From Terriglobia bacterium (GTDB lineage: Bacteria > Acidobacteriota > Terriglobia > JAJPHL01), in the NCBI GenBank assembly GCA_021325275.1, contig JAJPHL010000070.1:3387-67386 (forward strand): a stretch of 64,000 nucleotides of DNA. Direction: 5' to 3'. How positions within the stretch are numbered: the first letter of the stretch is position 1; each line of letters begins with the position of its first letter. Both the position numbers and the translations under genes were made by a program. Below are positions 62,014-64,000 of this stretch, one piece after another. The notes beneath the pieces were generated by a model that was not told the origin of the DNA, ran no database searches, and worked only from the letters and a program-made list of their open reading frames with translations.

Positions 62014-62973
62014 ATGGAGATTTCGCTAAATGACGTTCGCGAAGCGCGACGCCGCATTCAAGGCGCGTTGCGTCCCACACCTCTACTTGAGCACCCACTG
62101 CTAAGTGAAGAACTCGGCTGCGACGTGCGAGTGAAACACGAGAATCACAATCCCACTGGCGCGTTTAAAGTGCGCGGCGGAATGAATCTGCTCTCGCATA
62201 TCGCCGAACAAGGCGGATGCGACGGCGTCATCACGGCGTCGACGGGAAATCACGGACAGTCGATTGCATTCGCCAGCCGGCGCTTCTCGATTCCCTGCAC
62301 GGTGCTCGTGCCCGAGGGAAATAATCCCGAGAAAAACGCGGCAATGCGCGCGATGGGCGCGAACGTCATCGAGCATGGACGCGATTTCGACGAAGCACGC
62401 GTGGAGGTCGAGCGCTTGTGCCGCGAGCGGGGATTGCGTTACATCCATTCCGCGAATGAGCCACACTTGATCTCGGGCGTCGCGACGTATGCCCTTGAAG
62501 CATTCGAAGAATTCCCCGATCCCGACTTCATTTTCGTTCCCATCGGCGGCGGCAGTGGCGCCTGTGGATGCGCGATTGTGCGAACGGCGCTGGGGCGCAG
62601 CGCGCGTGTGATTGGCGTGCAAGCCGAGCGCGCCGACGCGTTCGCGCGATCGTGGCACGGCCCCGCGCGCGTGACCGGCGAGCGCGCCGACACATTTGCC
62701 GAAGGTCTTGCCACGCGCGTGACCTTCGATCTGACATTTGACATTTTGAAGCGCGAGCTGCATGACGTAATCACGCTAACCGAAGACGAGCTCGCGGAAG
62801 GCGTGCGCCTCGCCGTGCGCACAACACACAACTTGGCGGAAGGCGCCGGCGCGGCGGCCATCATGGGGGCGCGCAAAATGCGCGGTCAATTGCGTGGGAA
62901 AAAAGTGATGTGCGTGATGAGCGGCGGCAATCTCGATTCGCGTGTTCTGGCGCGACTGTTGGCGTCCTCATAG
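62014..62973 (+). CDS. PLP-dependent threonine/serine dehydratase (PALP fold)
   Basis: NPTGAFKVRGG (PLP-Lys), GNHGQ, and a glycine-rich GGGSGACG loop. Confidence 0.8.
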   Translation: MEISLNDVREARRRIQGALRPTPLLEHPLLSEELGCDVRVKHENHNPTGAFKVRGGMNLLSHIAEQGGCDGVITASTGNHGQSIAFASRRFSIPCTVLVPEGNNPEKNAAMRAMGANVIEHGRDFDEARVEVERLCRERGLRYIHSANEPHLISGVATYALEAFEEFPDPDFIFVPIGGGSGACGCAIVRTALGRSARVIGVQAERADAFARSWHGPARVTGERADTFAEGLATRVTFDLTFDILKRELHDVITLTEDELAEGVRLAVRTTHNLAEGAGAAAIMGARKMRGQLRGKKVMCVMSGGNLDSRVLARLLASS

Positions 62974-63073
62974 GTCCTTACGAGGAGTCGCGGACAACTT
63001 CCGAATTACCGATTCGGAGCTATCGGAGCCGAACTTCACCATTGTTCATGAATGACACTTGGCGTAACGTCGT

Positions 63074-63391
63074 TCATCTGCCACGTTCTTCGGCTGACCA
63101 ACGAGTCCTCCATTCGGCTACAAGCCTCTCGACCTCTTGCTCAGCCTCTAACCAATCGTCCAGAGCAAAGCCGTGTGATCTGCCCCTCCGCTCATAGATT
63201 TCATGCGCCCGAAGTTTGGTCAAATAGCGGACGGCCTCTTCCGTTGCCTGCAGATCCCATTGGTAACCACTTCTCCAGAGGGCGCGTATGTTCTCTAGGG
63301 TGATCGCCACCGTCCATCCGTCGCATGTGCTGCTATCGTTGGAAGCCTCGTTGCATAGTTCACCGAGTTTCGCACCAGGGGTTGCGGACAT
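63074..63391 (-). CDS. hypothetical protein with C-terminal DUF2934-like motif
   Basis: HEIYERRGRSHGFALDDWLEAEQEV matches the DUF2934 signature. The track ORF extends to 63823 but would overlap the well-supported cupin gene. The true start lies somewhere between 63391 and ~63620. Confidence 0.3.
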   Translation of the reverse strand: MSATPGAKLGELCNEASNDSSTCDGWTVAITLENIRALWRSGYQWDLQATEEAVRYLTKLRAHEIYERRGRSHGFALDDWLEAEQEVERLVAEWRTRWSAEERGR

Positions 63392-63623
63392 TGCATGAGC
63401 CAGGGCCTCATGATCGGGCTGCCTGCCGAAGTAGTCGTCGAACGTTTGCGCCAAAAGGTATGGTTCGTGCCCAGCAGAGGAAATCAAGCGCACCTTGCCC
63501 ACGATTCGATTCTCCCCATCGAGTATTTTAACGCTATATGGCTCCTGAATCACGGGCCACTCGGAAACTAAGCGAGTCAGTCCGCCGTGATACACTCCAC
63601 CCGGGTCTCGGAGGAGAAGCCAG

Positions 63624-64000
63624 ATGAGTAGCGATTCAATCGGAACGGGAGCGTCCGCGGCGCGTGCCGCCAACCGAGAAACATTTGTAGCCGCCGGAAC
63701 GGGCAAGGCGTATCGGAGCCCCATCGACAAAATCACGTTTCTCATTACCGGCGAACAAAGCGGCGGCGCGTTTTTCATGGCGGAAGTATCCGTCGCGCCC
63801 GGTGGAGGAAATCCGCCGCACATTCACGCGCGCGAAGAAGAATCCTTTTACTTGCAGCAAGGGACGCTTACGGTTCAAGTCGGCGGGAAGACGCTCAACG
63901 CAAGGCCGGGAGATTTCGTTTGTCTTCCCCGCGGTGTGGCGCATTGCTTCCAGAATACGGGAAACGTGGAGGCTAAGTTTCTGCTCGTGGTGACGCCGGC
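63624..64000 (+). CDS. cupin-domain protein, 3'-truncated by the window edge
   Basis: GGAGGAG RBS 8 nt upstream of the ATG. Read from the sequence: ...FMAEVSVAPGGGNPPHIHAREEESFYLQQGTLTVQVGGKTLNARPGDFVCLPRGVAHCFQN (cupin 2 motifs G(X)5HXH...GX5PXGX2HX3N). Not in the ORF track because no stop falls inside the window. Confidence 0.7.
   Translation, partial: MSSDSIGTGASAARAANRETFVAAGTGKAYRSPIDKITFLITGEQSGGAFFMAEVSVAPGGGNPPHIHAREEESFYLQQGTLTVQVGGKTLNARPGDFVCLPRGVAHCFQNTGNVEAKFLLVVTP

Overview
High-GC (~65%) chromosomal segment that looks like a Solibacter/Bryobacter-type Acidobacteriota genome. Evidence: an ADOP-family duplicated orphan FtsX permease, a Soli_Cterm/LVIVD β-propeller protein, a PEP-CTERM protein, and a ~1270-aa CarboxypepD_reg-type TonB-dependent receptor. 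Most genes are housekeeping or envelope functions: glnA, thiC, dcd, tyrS, clpC, bamA-skp, lolC and lolD, rmuC, pdaD, FKBP, cytochrome c, SDR, crotonase, Gfo/Idh/MocA. No rRNA, tRNA or CRISPR was recognised. Main observations: (1) a tight minus-strand operon of a TMTC/PMT_2-like GT-C glycosyltransferase carrying TPR repeats plus GT4, GT2 and a WcaI-like GT4, a candidate protein-O-glycosylation or EPS module, with a Thr/Asn-rich PEP-CTERM protein nearby; (2) two related long-stem hairpin elements with 18-nt loops whose arms differ by matched T<->C / A<->G substitutions, one followed by a 14-bp x ~6.5 tandem repeat at the thiC 3' end; (3) lolC and lolD split by a ~3.7-kb insertion that carries a frameshifted glycoside-hydrolase gene and is flanked by diverged ~54-bp direct repeats derived from the lolC 3' end; (4) a tandem pair of diverged paralogous small membrane proteins of unknown function in lower-GC DNA beside rmuC and a DUF104-PIN toxin-antitoxin pair; (5) an orphan PIN/VapC, a cyclase-like gene remnant, an internally duplicated zinc-ribbon protein, and a second glycosyltransferase locus at the 3' end. 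Coordinates for non-coding elements are approximate (±2 nt). Sub-ORF start sites were set by codon arithmetic from the supplied ORF track.
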